Assembly (NCBI GenBank): GCA_036504955.1 | Contig: DASXUI010000320.1 | Location: forward strand, 3,071-67,070 | Reading direction: 5' to 3' | DNA from: Armatimonadota bacterium | GTDB taxonomy: Bacteria > Armatimonadota > DTGP01 > DASXUI01 | Length of the DNA stretch: 64,000 nucleotides | Shown: piece after piece, positions 21,896-31,920 of the stretch | Position numbering within the stretch: the stretch's first letter is position 1 | How the letters are laid out: each line of letters begins with the position of its first letter | Notes under the pieces: generated by a model | Database searches by the model: none | Told to the model about the DNA's origin: nothing | What the model saw: only the letters and a program-made list of their open reading frames with translations | Position numbers and translations under genes: made by a program

Positions 21896-22525
21896 ATGGA
21901 TGACCCCGAAGTACAGCGAAAGCTTCTGTTGATGGTTCTGCTGTTTGGCGGCATCTTCGCCTATGCGTTGTTCGAGACTGCGGCCAGAGCCAAGCCCCCC
22001 TCTGTGAGGGAGCCCAAGCCCAGTGGTCTCCCATCCTTCACCACTGGCCTTGCGCCTCACCGCGTACTCCGCTTCATAGTGCAGTTCGCTCCGCCTAACG
22101 GGTACAGCGTGGCGGCACTAGATGAAGAGGTACAGGCCATCGTCCTCAGCTCTGCCCGCTCCATGAGCAACCCCTTCGGCCTGTTCTACTCCATCTACGT
22201 GACGCCGACAGAACAGGGCAGCCTCCTGGAGGTGAAAGCAGTCGATAAGCTGCCCTCTCGCCGCTTGTTCTGTCATCCGAACCCACAGCCCATGATCGCC
22301 AGCCTACAAGCAGCTCTGTTTGCTGCACTTCCAGACACCCCTCGGTCGGTAGCCCCGAAAGCCAGTAGTCGGCACCAAATGACCACCCAGCGTGGGGCGA
22401 GTCCAGTAGAAGCTGGTGTGGACCTCCCAGATGGCCCCTGGACTTGCGGGAAGTGCCTCACCGACAACCGTGCAGGGGCCGCCACCTGCGAGGAGTGCGG
22501 ACGGCCCCCCTACGCCGACGTCTAG
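21896..22525 (+). CDS. Membrane-anchored protein with a C-terminal RanBP2-type zinc ribbon
   Basis: N-terminal TM helix LLLMVLLFGGIFAYALF. C-terminal WTCGKCLTDNRAGAATCEECG. Confidence 0.55.
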   Translation: MDDPEVQRKLLLMVLLFGGIFAYALFETAARAKPPSVREPKPSGLPSFTTGLAPHRVLRFIVQFAPPNGYSVAALDEEVQAIVLSSARSMSNPFGLFYSIYVTPTEQGSLLEVKAVDKLPSRRLFCHPNPQPMIASLQAALFAALPDTPRSVAPKASSRHQMTTQRGASPVEAGVDLPDGPWTCGKCLTDNRAGAATCEECGRPPYADV

Positions 22526-22612
22526 GCTTCGCGTCCCTGCGTTCGGACGCTTGACGGACGGTGTATTTGGCCGGCGAAGGAGAACGCCACGGACATCTAT
22601 CTAGGAAACAGC

Positions 22613-22903
22613 TTGTCAGACGAAGCAGTGGAGGCTCTGAAGAGGCAGGCTCGCGAGCGAGCGTACAAGGAGGATCGGGACGTGACCTTCCGCGAGCTGG
22701 CGCTTGAGGCCGCAAGGAGCGGAGTTGACGGGACCAAGCAGCCTGCTGAGGTGTCGGAGTACACCCCCACGAACAACCTGATGGGCGTCCTTCCCTACTG
22801 CCCGCCGGTGGCGGCTGATCACCCGCATATCAGGTATGGGGTGGACGGCGCTCACCTGAAGTGGTCGGTGAGTACGCCTGAGTGTGAAGGGCGCGGTAGT
22901 TAG
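22613..22903 (+). CDS. Hypothetical small protein
   Basis: 96-aa ORF with GC3 about 70% and protein-like composition. No recognisable domain. Confidence 0.4.
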   Translation: MSDEAVEALKRQARERAYKEDRDVTFRELALEAARSGVDGTKQPAEVSEYTPTNNLMGVLPYCPPVAADHPHIRYGVDGAHLKWSVSTPECEGRGS

Positions 22904-23157
22904 CAAGCGAAAGGACCCGCCCAGTGGCAATGGAACTGGTGCCTAGGTAGCCAGGGGGATGGCCCGCCGGCGGGACGTGGGGGCCTGGTTTGGCCACCTG
23001 AAGGCGGCTGAGGGGGCGGGGAGGGTGCCAACCCTCTGCCCCTTCTCAGTTGCGCTGGTTGTATCCCTCGTAGCGCAGGACCAGGTTCTCCACCATCCGG
23101 CGACAGGCCGTCAACTGCCGCCCCAACCTGGTTCTGCTTCACTCTTGATGGCGTGGC

Positions 23158-24800
23158 TCAGGCACTCAGAAGCACACGTCTGCGCAGAAGGTCGAACCCA
23201 GCGCGCCCGTACATCGAGCGCTTCACCAGCTTCAGCCGGTTGACCTGTCCCTCCACCGGCCCGCTGCTCCAAGGCGACCTCGCGGCTGCCTGCACTGCGG
23301 CAAGGTCTTGCTGCAGTCCCCGCACGAAGGTGGCTAGCTCAGGGATCCGGCTCTCCAAGGTCCGGGTCATCTAGCCTGCCAGGTCGTTCTCCCGCCGGCC
23401 ACCGACCAACCTCTCAAACTCCAGCACCAACTCCCGCGCCCGCGAGACTGTTCCACTGCTCTCCAGAAGTGCTCTCAGGATGTCGGCCTCCAGGGGTGTC
23501 TGGCGGCTCTTGCCCAGCAGCAGCCAGACCACCGCGCGGGGAGCCGGAGGCTGCAGGGCGGGACGCTGGCCTTCACCACGACTACGCCGCGGGAGGGCTG
23601 AGAGCGGCACGCCCAGAGACCGGGCCAGGTGGCGACGGACGGCAGAGCGAGAGCCCGTGAAGCCTTGGCTCTGAAGCTCGCGCCAGAGGTCGGTAGGGCT
23701 ACGGCAGCCGTCCTCCCACCGGCGCAGCAGGTAGACGCCGAAGGGATCCAGGGGACGCACCCGACAGGGACGAGCCGCCAACTCGGGGAAGGCTCCGGCC
23801 TCTGGGTATTTACGGACCCTCCTTCGAGAGAGTCCCAGTTGGTGAGCGACCCCGTGTTGGCTCAGCCCCTGTTGCTGGAGCCCAACCACCGCTTGTAGCG
23901 GGCTAAGCGCCGGGCCCGACGGGAGGCGCTCTCTCGTCCCTCCGCCGTGGGACGCGTGGCCATCCGCGAGCACTCTGCCGCTGGGGAGGCTCGGGAAGGG
24001 GCTGGCTCCTCGGGCCCCTGCACACTCCGAGCGGCCCCATGGACCTGTGCTTGCTGATGAACCACTACCTTCTCCAAGCTATCGGTCAGATTCTTAAGTA
24101 GGTGCCAGCGGCCCGCCACCTGCAGGGCTTCGGGTGCTCCCTGATCGGCCCCCTGAGCCTAGGCACCTCCGCGGTCTCGGCTGACCACCTCAACCCCTGG
24201 GTGCTCCCCCAGCCAATGGGCCAGCCCCCCGGCGCTCCGGCCCGGCAGCAGATCTACCACCTTGCCGCGCTCCAGGTCGCACAGGATCGTGCCCCAGCGT
24301 CGGCCCTTGCGCCAAGCCCAGTCCTCCACCACCAGCACACGGACGGGTGCCAGCGGTGATAGGGGCAGCCTGTGGACCAGGCGCAATAGGGCAGACTGAC
24401 TCGTCCTCAGCCCCAGGGCCACAGCCAGCCGAGAGCCGGCCTTGCCGCCCAGCGCCAAGCTCACCCGTGGCTGCGCCGCTACCAGGCGATGACTCCGCCG
24501 TCCATAGGCTGAGGTCAGACTCTCTAGCCGCTCACAGAACAGCTTGCGGGGACACCGGCGGGCCTGGCAGACGGGCGGCGCGCCTGAATCAGCAGCTTCC
24601 CCGTGCGGCCCGCGCAGGGAAGGTCGGCCACCTGGCGACGTTAGCTGCTATAGATGCGGTGGGAGGGCCGGCGGCACAGGGGACACCGGGCGGCCCGACC
24701 TTGAGGTAACAGGACCAGGACCACCCGCTCCTCCTGGAAACTCACCTCCTCGATGTGGGAGTTACGTAGGTCCAACAGGGCAGCCAGCGTCGGCATGGGG
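23158..24800 (-). pseudogene. ISL3-family transposase, decayed (three in-frame stops and a frameshift)
   Basis: N-terminal zinc-finger region (CPLCRRPSH..., RRCPRKLFCERL). HTH and DDE start (LGLRTSQSALLRLV, VVEDWAWRKGRRWGTILCDLERGKVVDLLPGRSA, VVSRDRGGA). Then QVAGRWHLLKNLTD. C-terminal SGPVEGQVNRLKLVKRSMYGRAGFDLLRRRVL. In-frame TAA after the zinc finger, TAG after RDRGGA, TAG before MTRTLESRIPE, and a +1 frameshift near 24560. Confidence 0.75.
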
Positions 24801-24829
24801 ACCCTTCCTCTCCTAGCCCTATCCAGGCT

Positions 24830-24918
24830 CAGGGAAGGACCTACCCACTACCGACCGGTTTGGTACTTCCTGACACATCAGGAGTGACGCAGCCCCGTCT
24901 AGGGCGGTCAGTGACATC
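24830..24918. repeat. Solo IS21-like terminus remnant adjoining the ISL3 copy
   Basis: gtctagggcggtcagtgaca (24897..24916) is identical to the terminal 20 bp of the IS21 copy at 47411..47430. It is preceded by one ccgac...ggtac subterminal repeat like those at 47340..47410. Confidence 0.4.
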
Positions 24919-25301
24919 TCTGGGGAGGGGCCCCTGTGTTTCCCTCCTGATGGCCGCTTCATAGCCACCGGCCAGGGCAAGTATGCAGCCGACGATGGTG
25001 CCCTCAGAAGGACCCTATCTGGTTTCCACACCTACATTTCAGATGGTTACTGCCTCACTGCGGGTGGGACTATCGCGGCCTCACCCATTGAGGATGCTTA
25101 CTACGAGTCAGGGGCAATAAGGTATGTGTCAGACAAGAGCGTAGCTCAGGAGCTTGGCCTAGACATCGCGAATGGATCCCCTCTGGCTATGAGCCCAGAC
25201 GGTGCAACCTTCGGTTTGGCTTCGGGCTCTGCAGGGTCGTAGACGGGACGGCGACAAAGCTGAAGAGCGCCGTAAGCTGTATCATCGCCGATAGTACCCC
25301 T

Positions 25302-26186
25302 GTGACCGGGGTGTCGTCGCTGGTCAACGCCATGACAGGAGACCTTCTGTACCAGAAGAACTCCAACGGCGCAGTAGACTGGCAGTATGGACCTGCATGT
25401 GCCACCCCAGATGGGAAGTTCGTCTGGGTTGACGGGTGTCTTCTGTCAGCAACAGACTTTGGGCGTGTATTGGAAGGACGGCTTGCACTGAAGGGCATAA
25501 TCTCCCAATCTAAGCTGTCTCCATCTGGTGATAGGCTGGTGGCAAACCTCGATGCCGGTTTCACCCAGCAGAGATGGGTTGCCTATGACACCTCGACCTT
25601 CTCAACAGTGATCAGTTGCGCCAAGCACAATGCCATGACCGACCTGGACGTTTCAAGGGTCTCAAGAGTCGTGGCTACGGGCGGATCCGACAGCATGGCC
25701 TATCTCTGGGACCTCGATACCACCAGGATGCTGATCTCTGTGTCGGACTACGGGGACGTGTCCGGCGTTTTGAGGGTGGCCATCTCGCCAGATGGGGCTG
25801 TGCTCGCAACGGGCAGGAGCAACGGCACCATTCGGTTCTGGCGCGCTACTGACGGTCTGGCGCTTGGACAGTTCGCAGAGGAGGTTGGCTTAGGTATCGC
25901 CGACATGACCTTCACGCCGGATGGGAAGCTACTTGTGTACAAAAGATCGGACGGTGTTCTGGTCGCAGCGGAGGTGCCCGACCTCATCCCTCAGGTGGTG
26001 AAGGGGGACGTAGATGGGAGTGGCAAGGTGAACATCACCGATGTGGTGATGGCGCTCCGCTTTGCAGTGGGAGTCATGACTCCCAGCCCTCAGCAGCTCG
26101 CCGCCTGCGACGTCAATGGGAACGGCCGCATTGATGTATCCGACGTGGTCACCATCATCAGGAAGGCTGTGGGAATCACGTCCTAG
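25302..26186 (+). CDS. WD40-repeat protein with a C-terminal type-I dockerin domain
   Basis: WD40 signatures (GGSDSMAYLWDLDT, GRSNGTIRFWRATDG). Two dockerin Ca-binding repeats (GDVDGSGKVNITDVVMALRFAVG, CDVNGNGRIDVSDVVTIIRKAVG). GTG start. The frame is open further upstream, so the start is uncertain. Confidence 0.7.
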   Translation: MTGVSSLVNAMTGDLLYQKNSNGAVDWQYGPACATPDGKFVWVDGCLLSATDFGRVLEGRLALKGIISQSKLSPSGDRLVANLDAGFTQQRWVAYDTSTFSTVISCAKHNAMTDLDVSRVSRVVATGGSDSMAYLWDLDTTRMLISVSDYGDVSGVLRVAISPDGAVLATGRSNGTIRFWRATDGLALGQFAEEVGLGIADMTFTPDGKLLVYKRSDGVLVAAEVPDLIPQVVKGDVDGSGKVNITDVVMALRFAVGVMTPSPQQLAACDVNGNGRIDVSDVVTIIRKAVGITS

Positions 26187-26503
26187 GTACGGAGGGGCAG
26201 GGGAAGGGCACTCACTCACCTGCCCCTCCGCACCGTGCCTGCCAAGACTGCGTGTCCAGCGAGGACCAGGCCGGAGAGGGTGGGGCACGACTGTGGTCCA
26301 AGCCGAAGCGCATCGGTCCTTGCGAGGTCAGACACGGGGCGCGGGCGTGGAAGGTGTGCGAGCCCTAGGCCTTGAGGTTCTTCAGACGGACGGGGATGGT
26401 ATGGACGGGCGCGACGCTAGAGACGCCACGCCAAGCGGGAAATCGAGCGGGCCAAGGAAGGGACGAAGCGGGAGGTCCCAGGCCCCCTCACCGGCAGTAG
26501 CTG

Positions 26504-27019
26504 CTAGTCCACCCTCTCAAAGCGGTACACAACGGTTGGCATCGCAAGCCACTGAAGTTCAAGGTTCCTGGGCAGTACAGTGACCTTGTACTGCGCGCCT
26601 CCTATCTCAACGATGTCGTCGGTCACCCAGGAGTAGGTCTCTGAGTAGTCCCCGAGTAGGGACCCAACCGACATGAAACGGCCCCCATCACTGAAGCTCC
26701 AGGTGGGGCAATCCTGCAAGGTGAAGGACTTCCAGCGACCGATGATCGCGTCGCGAGGTGGCTGGTACCCGAAGAGCCTACGTCCTGTCGGTGTAAGCAG
26801 ACAAACGAGCCATAGGATAAGCAGCACTCCAGCGACTGCCTCTGGCTTGGCGAAGGGCTCTAGTCTGGGTACTTGATATGCGGCGGCACTTTGTTCCATC
26901 GGTGGCGCGGAGGGTAGTGGAGGAGGTGGGTACTCTGGCTTCTGTTGCGCTAACAGGCTACACCGAGGGCACTCCTGCTCCCAGGGCTGCTTGATGTAGC
27001 CGCACTTCGCACACGGCAT
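26504..27019 (-). CDS. Zinc-ribbon / Pro-rich linker / single TM / extracytoplasmic domain protein (family with paralog fragment at 3819..4301)
   Basis: Start placed at MPCAKCGYIKQPWEQECPRCS (zinc ribbon). TM helix VAGVLLILWLVCLL. The tracked ORF extends to 27157 but the upstream 46 codons look non-coding. Confidence 0.6.
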   Translation of the reverse strand: MPCAKCGYIKQPWEQECPRCSLLAQQKPEYPPPPLPSAPPMEQSAAAYQVPRLEPFAKPEAVAGVLLILWLVCLLTPTGRRLFGYQPPRDAIIGRWKSFTLQDCPTWSFSDGGRFMSVGSLLGDYSETYSWVTDDIVEIGGAQYKVTVLPRNLELQWLAMPTVVYRFERVD

Positions 27020-27610
27020 TGGACCCCTCCCCTCGTTTTCAATATCCTGTGGTGTCCGCGCTATGGTTGGAGCAGTAGGGTTAGCGGGGCTGGAATCCCG
27101 TGCGCCTACGTTGATCCTCCAGCTTCTCCACGAACCTTGTTGGCTCTTCCTCAGCATCCAGAGTCTGGCCCTTGAGAGGAAGCTGCAGGTACCAGGGGTA
27201 GTATAGATCGGTAGCCTGCTACTCTCAGGGGGCGTTCATCCCAGCACGGAGGAGAAGACATGGTAGGCGTTCCACGGTACGCGCTTGACATCGTGAAGGT
27301 GATTCCTCCGATGGTCAAGGATCGCAACCCTATGACGTTTCCGGTCTCCTTCTGGCAAGAGCTGGAGAAGAGCCCTGAGCAGGTCAGAGAGTTCCACAAG
27401 GAGCGGTCGATCCGGAAGAGGAGTAAGGTCTCGCAGGCCGCTGCTCAGGCGGTGGAGATGCGTGGAATCCGCAAGACAGTGCCAATGCCCAACAGCCAAA
27501 CTAGTGAAGCGGGTCTCGATTCTGAAGCTCGCCGACTATTCCCGGAAATTGGGAGGGTGGCCAAGGGTGGGGGCGCCGGCCTAGGGTCGGCATCTTCGTG
27601 GGGTAGGGCG

Positions 27611-28093
27611 TTACAAACCGAGGGCTTTGAGGACGGGGTTGTTATCTGCAAACAGCACTGGGACGCCGTCATTGACGGCAGCCCTCAGGAGTTGGCCATC
27701 CAGGGTCGCGATCGGCACGCCGCGATCTCTGGCGAGATAGAGGAAGCAGCCATCGTAGCCACTTGTGGGATGCCGCACGAGCCTCTGGTAAGCATCTGCC
27801 AACCCGCAGGGAGGAATCCGCTCGTGAACCACCACGAGCTGTTGGGTGTTGATCAATCTGTCGAAGCGCCCTAGCCAACCCGCTAGCTGCTTGTCCGACA
27901 CCTTAGCCTTTGGATCCCTGTTGAGATTCATTGTCGTGCTCAGCATCTCATGTTCCAACAGGAGGGGAACGGCTGCTTTGTACTTCTCCAAATGATTGAT
28001 CACCCGTCGAGAGTAGATGCCTTCGGGGGAGCTGATCGGGGCGAACAGGACGTTAACGGTGATGTTCGTGTCAAGCACAAAGTCGATGTTCAA
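27611..28093 (-). CDS. vapC: PIN-domain toxin (VapC-like)
   Basis: MNIDFVLDTNITVNVLF (acidic residue in the first strand). C-terminal conserved Asp in IATLDGQLL. Its start overlaps the stop of the upstream small gene by 4 nt, the classic type II TA arrangement. Confidence 0.75.
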   Translation of the reverse strand: MNIDFVLDTNITVNVLFAPISSPEGIYSRRVINHLEKYKAAVPLLLEHEMLSTTMNLNRDPKAKVSDKQLAGWLGRFDRLINTQQLVVVHERIPPCGLADAYQRLVRHPTSGYDGCFLYLARDRGVPIATLDGQLLRAAVNDGVPVLFADNNPVLKALGL

Positions 28094-28431
28094 TGGGCGA
28101 GAAGCTCCTCCACAGTGATTCCCTCCAACCGTGGGGGATCCTCCTCTTCCTGGATCGCCAGGAGACCCGCGATCGCTTCCTCAACCACACGTTGGCGTTC
28201 GGCGTCGGAGAGGGACTCGGGGGCCTCGACGAAGCGCAGTTCGGCGGCGCGACCTATGATCGTTACTGCACCGTGTATCTGAATCTCAAAGACATCGTCC
28301 GCAGAGGGTAGGGGACCCGCGGTGAGGAATCCGGTGAGTCCAGACGCAGTAGGCCCAGGAGAGCCCTCACTTCTGACTGGCATTGGTGGCTTCTTGCGCT
28401 GAGAGCGTTTGGGTGCCCGCTTCGTATTCAT
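28090..28431 (-). CDS. Putative antitoxin partner of VapC
   Basis: Small ORF immediately upstream of vapC with a 4-nt overlap. Start placed at MNTKRAP. The antitoxin family is not recognisable by eye. Confidence 0.55.
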   Translation of the reverse strand: MNTKRAPKRSQRKKPPMPVRSEGSPGPTASGLTGFLTAGPLPSADDVFEIQIHGAVTIIGRAAELRFVEAPESLSDAERQRVVEEAIAGLLAIQEEEDPPRLEGITVEELLAH

Positions 28432-28759
28432 GGGGGTTTCCTCTCCAACACTATAGACAACCCGATGGTGCCTGTCTACACATGTATTGCCAGGAAGCAA
28501 CCACGCTGATCCTCGTGCTGACCGCCGCTCAATGGGGCACGCAGAGCCATCAGTTCGATGGACCTAGGGTCGAGGAGAGGGTGTGGGAGAGGCCCTCAAT
28601 GCAGGGCCGGTCGACTCTGAGCCGGCGTGCACTGCTGGCGATGGATCTACGGGGGCAGGAGCTGGTCTGGACCTAGATCTGGGCCAAGCAGTAGAGCCAT
28701 AGCTCGCCAATAGACTCACCTTCTACTGCGGATCCCTCCCGATTCAGCGGTTGGGTACG

Positions 28760-29403
28760 TTACCTTCGCTGATCCCCGTACATCACCCAAAAGCCACCCT
28801 CCAGATACCAGTCCATCGTTCCACCCACGTCGTTACGCTCTATCTGCCCCGTCTGTAGGTTTCTCCCGACGATCAGCCCGTCGAAGTCGACCTGAGCTGC
28901 TTTGGGATTGGCCGCATCCTGGGTCACACGAGTCACCGTGAAGGTCGCGGTGATGGTGTCAAGGTCGGTGAAGAGCGAGACGAAGGCCTGCTTGAAGTCA
29001 TCGTAGTACATCCCGTGCTGTGGATAGTGCAGGGAGACCAAGCTCATCAGGGACACGATGTCCTTGCGCTCGCAGGCTTCTTGCAGGAGCTGATAGCGAG
29101 CGCGGATCTGGGCTGCTACAGCGTCCGGAGGAGTCGGGGGGTCTTGCTCCCACTCCACGACCGGGAGCAGACCGACCACTGTCTTCAGGATGACGATCAC
29201 ATCGGCAACGGATGGGGAGCCGTTACCGTCCATGTCGAAGCGCGGTTGTCTGTGTTGCTAGGCACGCCTGCGAGCGTCCAGCGCAAAGCGAGCACAGCAT
29301 CTTTGATGGTCACCCGGGAGTCGCCGTCCACGTCGTCCTTCTTGGGCAGCGCCTGACACGGGACTGCTAGCAGGCATAGGAGATCCAAGAGCGTGAGCCG
29401 CAT
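28760..29403 (-). pseudogene. Secreted dockerin-domain protein with NTF2-like C-terminal region, frameshifted between the two dockerin repeats
   Basis: ORF 29403..29197 has a signal peptide (MRLTLLDLLCLLAVPCQA) and dockerin repeat 1 (DVDGDSRVTIKDAVLALR). ORF 29233..28760 starts with dockerin repeat 2 (DGNGSPSVADVIVILKTVVG) in a different frame. Either a real frameshift or an assembly indel. Confidence 0.55.
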
Positions 29404-29415
29404 GAGCCTGCCTCC

Positions 29416-29649
29416 CTAGTGCGTCAAAACCGTGTAGGCCTGGATAGCCACCCCTATCGCTCCGATCACCGCCAACACGGCGGTCAGATACCTCATGTGG
29501 CTGGTAGCAGTCGCCATCAACCTCTCTGCCTCTGAGTTCACCCGCATGTCATAGATGCGTACCCAGAAGTCTAGACTGCCTTGGGCTCCGCTGGCCCGCT
29601 CAACCTCATCCAGAATCTCCTCTTTCGTCATCTCCAATGGGTTTGGCAC
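29416..29649 (-). CDS. Small protein with a C-terminal TM anchor
   Basis: 77-aa ORF directly upstream of the dockerin protein on the same strand. C-terminal hydrophobic helix LTAVLAVIGAIGVAIQAYTVL. Confidence 0.45.
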   Translation of the reverse strand: MPNPLEMTKEEILDEVERASGAQGSLDFWVRIYDMRVNSEAERLMATATSHMRYLTAVLAVIGAIGVAIQAYTVLTH

Positions 29650-29949
29650 CGTTGTCTCCTTTCAAGCATGGGACTTCCGGTACTCCCAGTGTTCAGCTCT
29701 AGTAGGCGCTCCTCCTCTGACCTCATGCCGTGATACCCTTGCGCATACCTACCTCGGGCTCACCTGGTCGTCTAGCCTAGCCCACCTCACTTCCACTCAC
29801 TTCCGTCTCTCCCCAACATACCTCCAGACCACAAGTCCGCGGAGTCGAGGCGGCTTCTCCAGGGGAGGGCCTCATTTCCGCGAAATACCCGCCGTTCAAT
29901 GTCTCCCCCGACTTACCAACCTACGAGCATCCTCAGCAGGATCACATCA

Positions 29950-31880
29950 CATCCCATGGCCTGGTGAGCTACTAGGGGGTATTTCGAGGAATACCGGTGC
30001 TCCCAGCCTGCCAGCGACCTGCCTATGAGGTGTCAGTGGGTGCCTCTGGGCCTGTACTAAGGTGACGTTGGGCTGCTTGTGTGTTACCCTAGAGGAAGGG
30101 CCGAGAAGGGCCTTCCCTAAGAGTGCTATGCGGCCAGGCTGCGAGCCCCTTGCGGCCAAGCACGCCTGGGTGGTGTAGCTGGCAGTGCCAGCACCCAGGG
30201 CCCACCGGTGGGCGAAGACCGAGAGGGGGAGTCCGAGGAGGTCGGTCCCGGCCTCCCCTGCCGGGCCACCCAGTTCCAGGTCCAGCGTAGGTTCGCCAGC
30301 GTGGCCGCCAGGAGGGCTTGGCACAGGCTCTTGGCTCTCCCTCGGTACCGAGCTTGCCCCACCCCCAGAGCCCCCAGCCGGGCCAGTCCGTGCTCCACCA
30401 CCACTCGGTCGCTCAGCACCGCTTGTCCCTCCGGCGTCTGCTGGTAGGCTCGGGCGGCTTGGAGCAGCGCCTCCTGAGGATGCACCCGCACCTGGCGGCC
30501 CACCGCCGAGGCCGTGCATTGATTCCTCAGAGGGCAGCCTCCACAAGCGACTCCAAACTGGTAGAGGCGCCCTCCCTCTCCTTCCTTGACGAAGGTCCGC
30601 GTGGTCTGGCCCGCCGGACGGGTCACCGACTCGTCCTCCAGGTCTACTCTGAAGGCACTCTTGGGGAAGCGACCTCCCGGTCGGCTCTCCCGAGGCGCTC
30701 GAACGACCAGCTCTCGACCCGCCCCTGAAGGCCTGCCGGGTGGCTCCGCCGCCGTAGGCTCCGTCTCCCACCACTTGCTCCACCGCTTGCCCGGTAGTCT
30801 CCTCGACCCGCTCGATCGCCTCCAGCACCCCTTGAGCGTCTCCCGCGTTGCCCGGCAACAGCGCGCAGTCCAGAATGAGCTGGCTCTCCCGGTCCACGAC
30901 GACCGCCACCTTGTGTCCCGTGAAGCGCTTGTGGGCGCTCTTGTGGCCGTGGCGCTGTTCGGGATCGCTCACCGAGGGGATTCGGTCGGGGGCGGTGCCC
31001 TGCTTCAACTGAGCCCTCGGCCCTCCCTCGGGAGGTTCCTGCCACTCCACGTCCTGGAGCAGAAGCTGACTCAGCAGCTCGCAGGCCTCCTTCACCCGCT
31101 CCCGCTGGTTCTCTCCCACGAAGCTGGCCCAGTGCAACAGCCGTCGGGCGTCTGCCACGATCTCGGTCAGGAAGGCTTCCCGAGCCTGGGGATCCGACCA
31201 GTCCAGCTCCGCGCTGCCCTTCAGGCTGGGCCCGAAGTAGCGCCCCAATCCCTGCCGGGCGACCCAGGCCTCCAGCTTCTCCCCGCTGGCCTTGGCCAGC
31301 GCCCGGGTCACCTGCTGGATGCCCGCGGCCAAGAGGTTGTAGGTGTCCTCCACCGCGCCCTTCCCCAGCATCGGCTTGGTATCGACGGCGACCTTGAGCT
31401 TCCCGCCCTTCAGCAGGCCGGCCCGCCTTGCTTCCTGGAGGCTCCCCTCGAAGAGCTGCCGCACCCCCTCATGAAGGATCAGATGAGAGCGGAAGAGCTG
31501 CAGAGTGCTCTTGGCACACAAGGGGGCTCCCGCGTGTCGGTTCAAGACAGCGGCCCAGCGTAGGTCGAAGCCGCTGCGCTCTACCGCCTCCTCGTCGGAG
31601 CAGCCCGCCTGTTGTTGCAGCAGAAGCATTAGGGCCAGTTGAGAGGGAGGTACGCTGGGACGACCCACGCGCTCGGAGTAGCAGGCCAGGAAGGCCTCTT
31701 CCCGGAAGAGCCGGGGCGCGGCCTGGGCGAGCTGTCCGTGGAAGCTCCCCTCCGGCAACTCCAAAGGCCACACGTTTCCGACATTAAAGAGACTGACTTG
31801 CTTCTTGCGCCGACCCAGCATCCACTGACCTCCTGGGGTCCATCCTCAGGAAGGAATTCCACCAGCCAAACAAGGAACCC
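29950..31880 (-). mobile_element. IS1182-like (IS5 superfamily) insertion sequence with frameshifted transposase (boundaries approximate)
   Basis: Transposase ORFs 31821..~30650 and 30626..30126 in different frames. Motifs DPEQRHGHKSAHKRFTGHKVAVVVDRESQLILDCALLPGNAGDAQ (DDE) and C-terminal CGGCPLRNQCT...ARYRGRAKS are typical of IS1182-type transposases. Confidence 0.7.
30126..31821 (-). pseudogene. IS1182-family transposase, frameshifted
   Basis: After ~410 good residues the N-terminal 624-aa ORF runs into low-complexity junk (SRAGRSSASGEPTGRS...). The true C-terminal region continues in ORF 30626..30126. Confidence 0.7.
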
Positions 31881-31891
31881 TCTGATCGGCT

Positions 31892-31911
31892 ACTGTTGCC
31901 TGTAGCAACCG
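31892..31911. repeat. Left copy of the 20-bp inverted repeat ctgttgcctgtagcaaccgg
   Basis: Perfect 20/20 reverse-complement match to 37354..37373. Lies 10 bp outside the left inverted repeat of the IS701 copy. Confidence 0.6.
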
Positions 31912-31920
31912 GGCCTTTTC

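Noticed and set aside
27260-27874. 204-aa plus-strand ORF overlapping vapC
   Set aside because: Largely antisense to the well-supported PIN-domain gene, with no recognisable motifs. Typical long antisense ORF in high-GC DNA.
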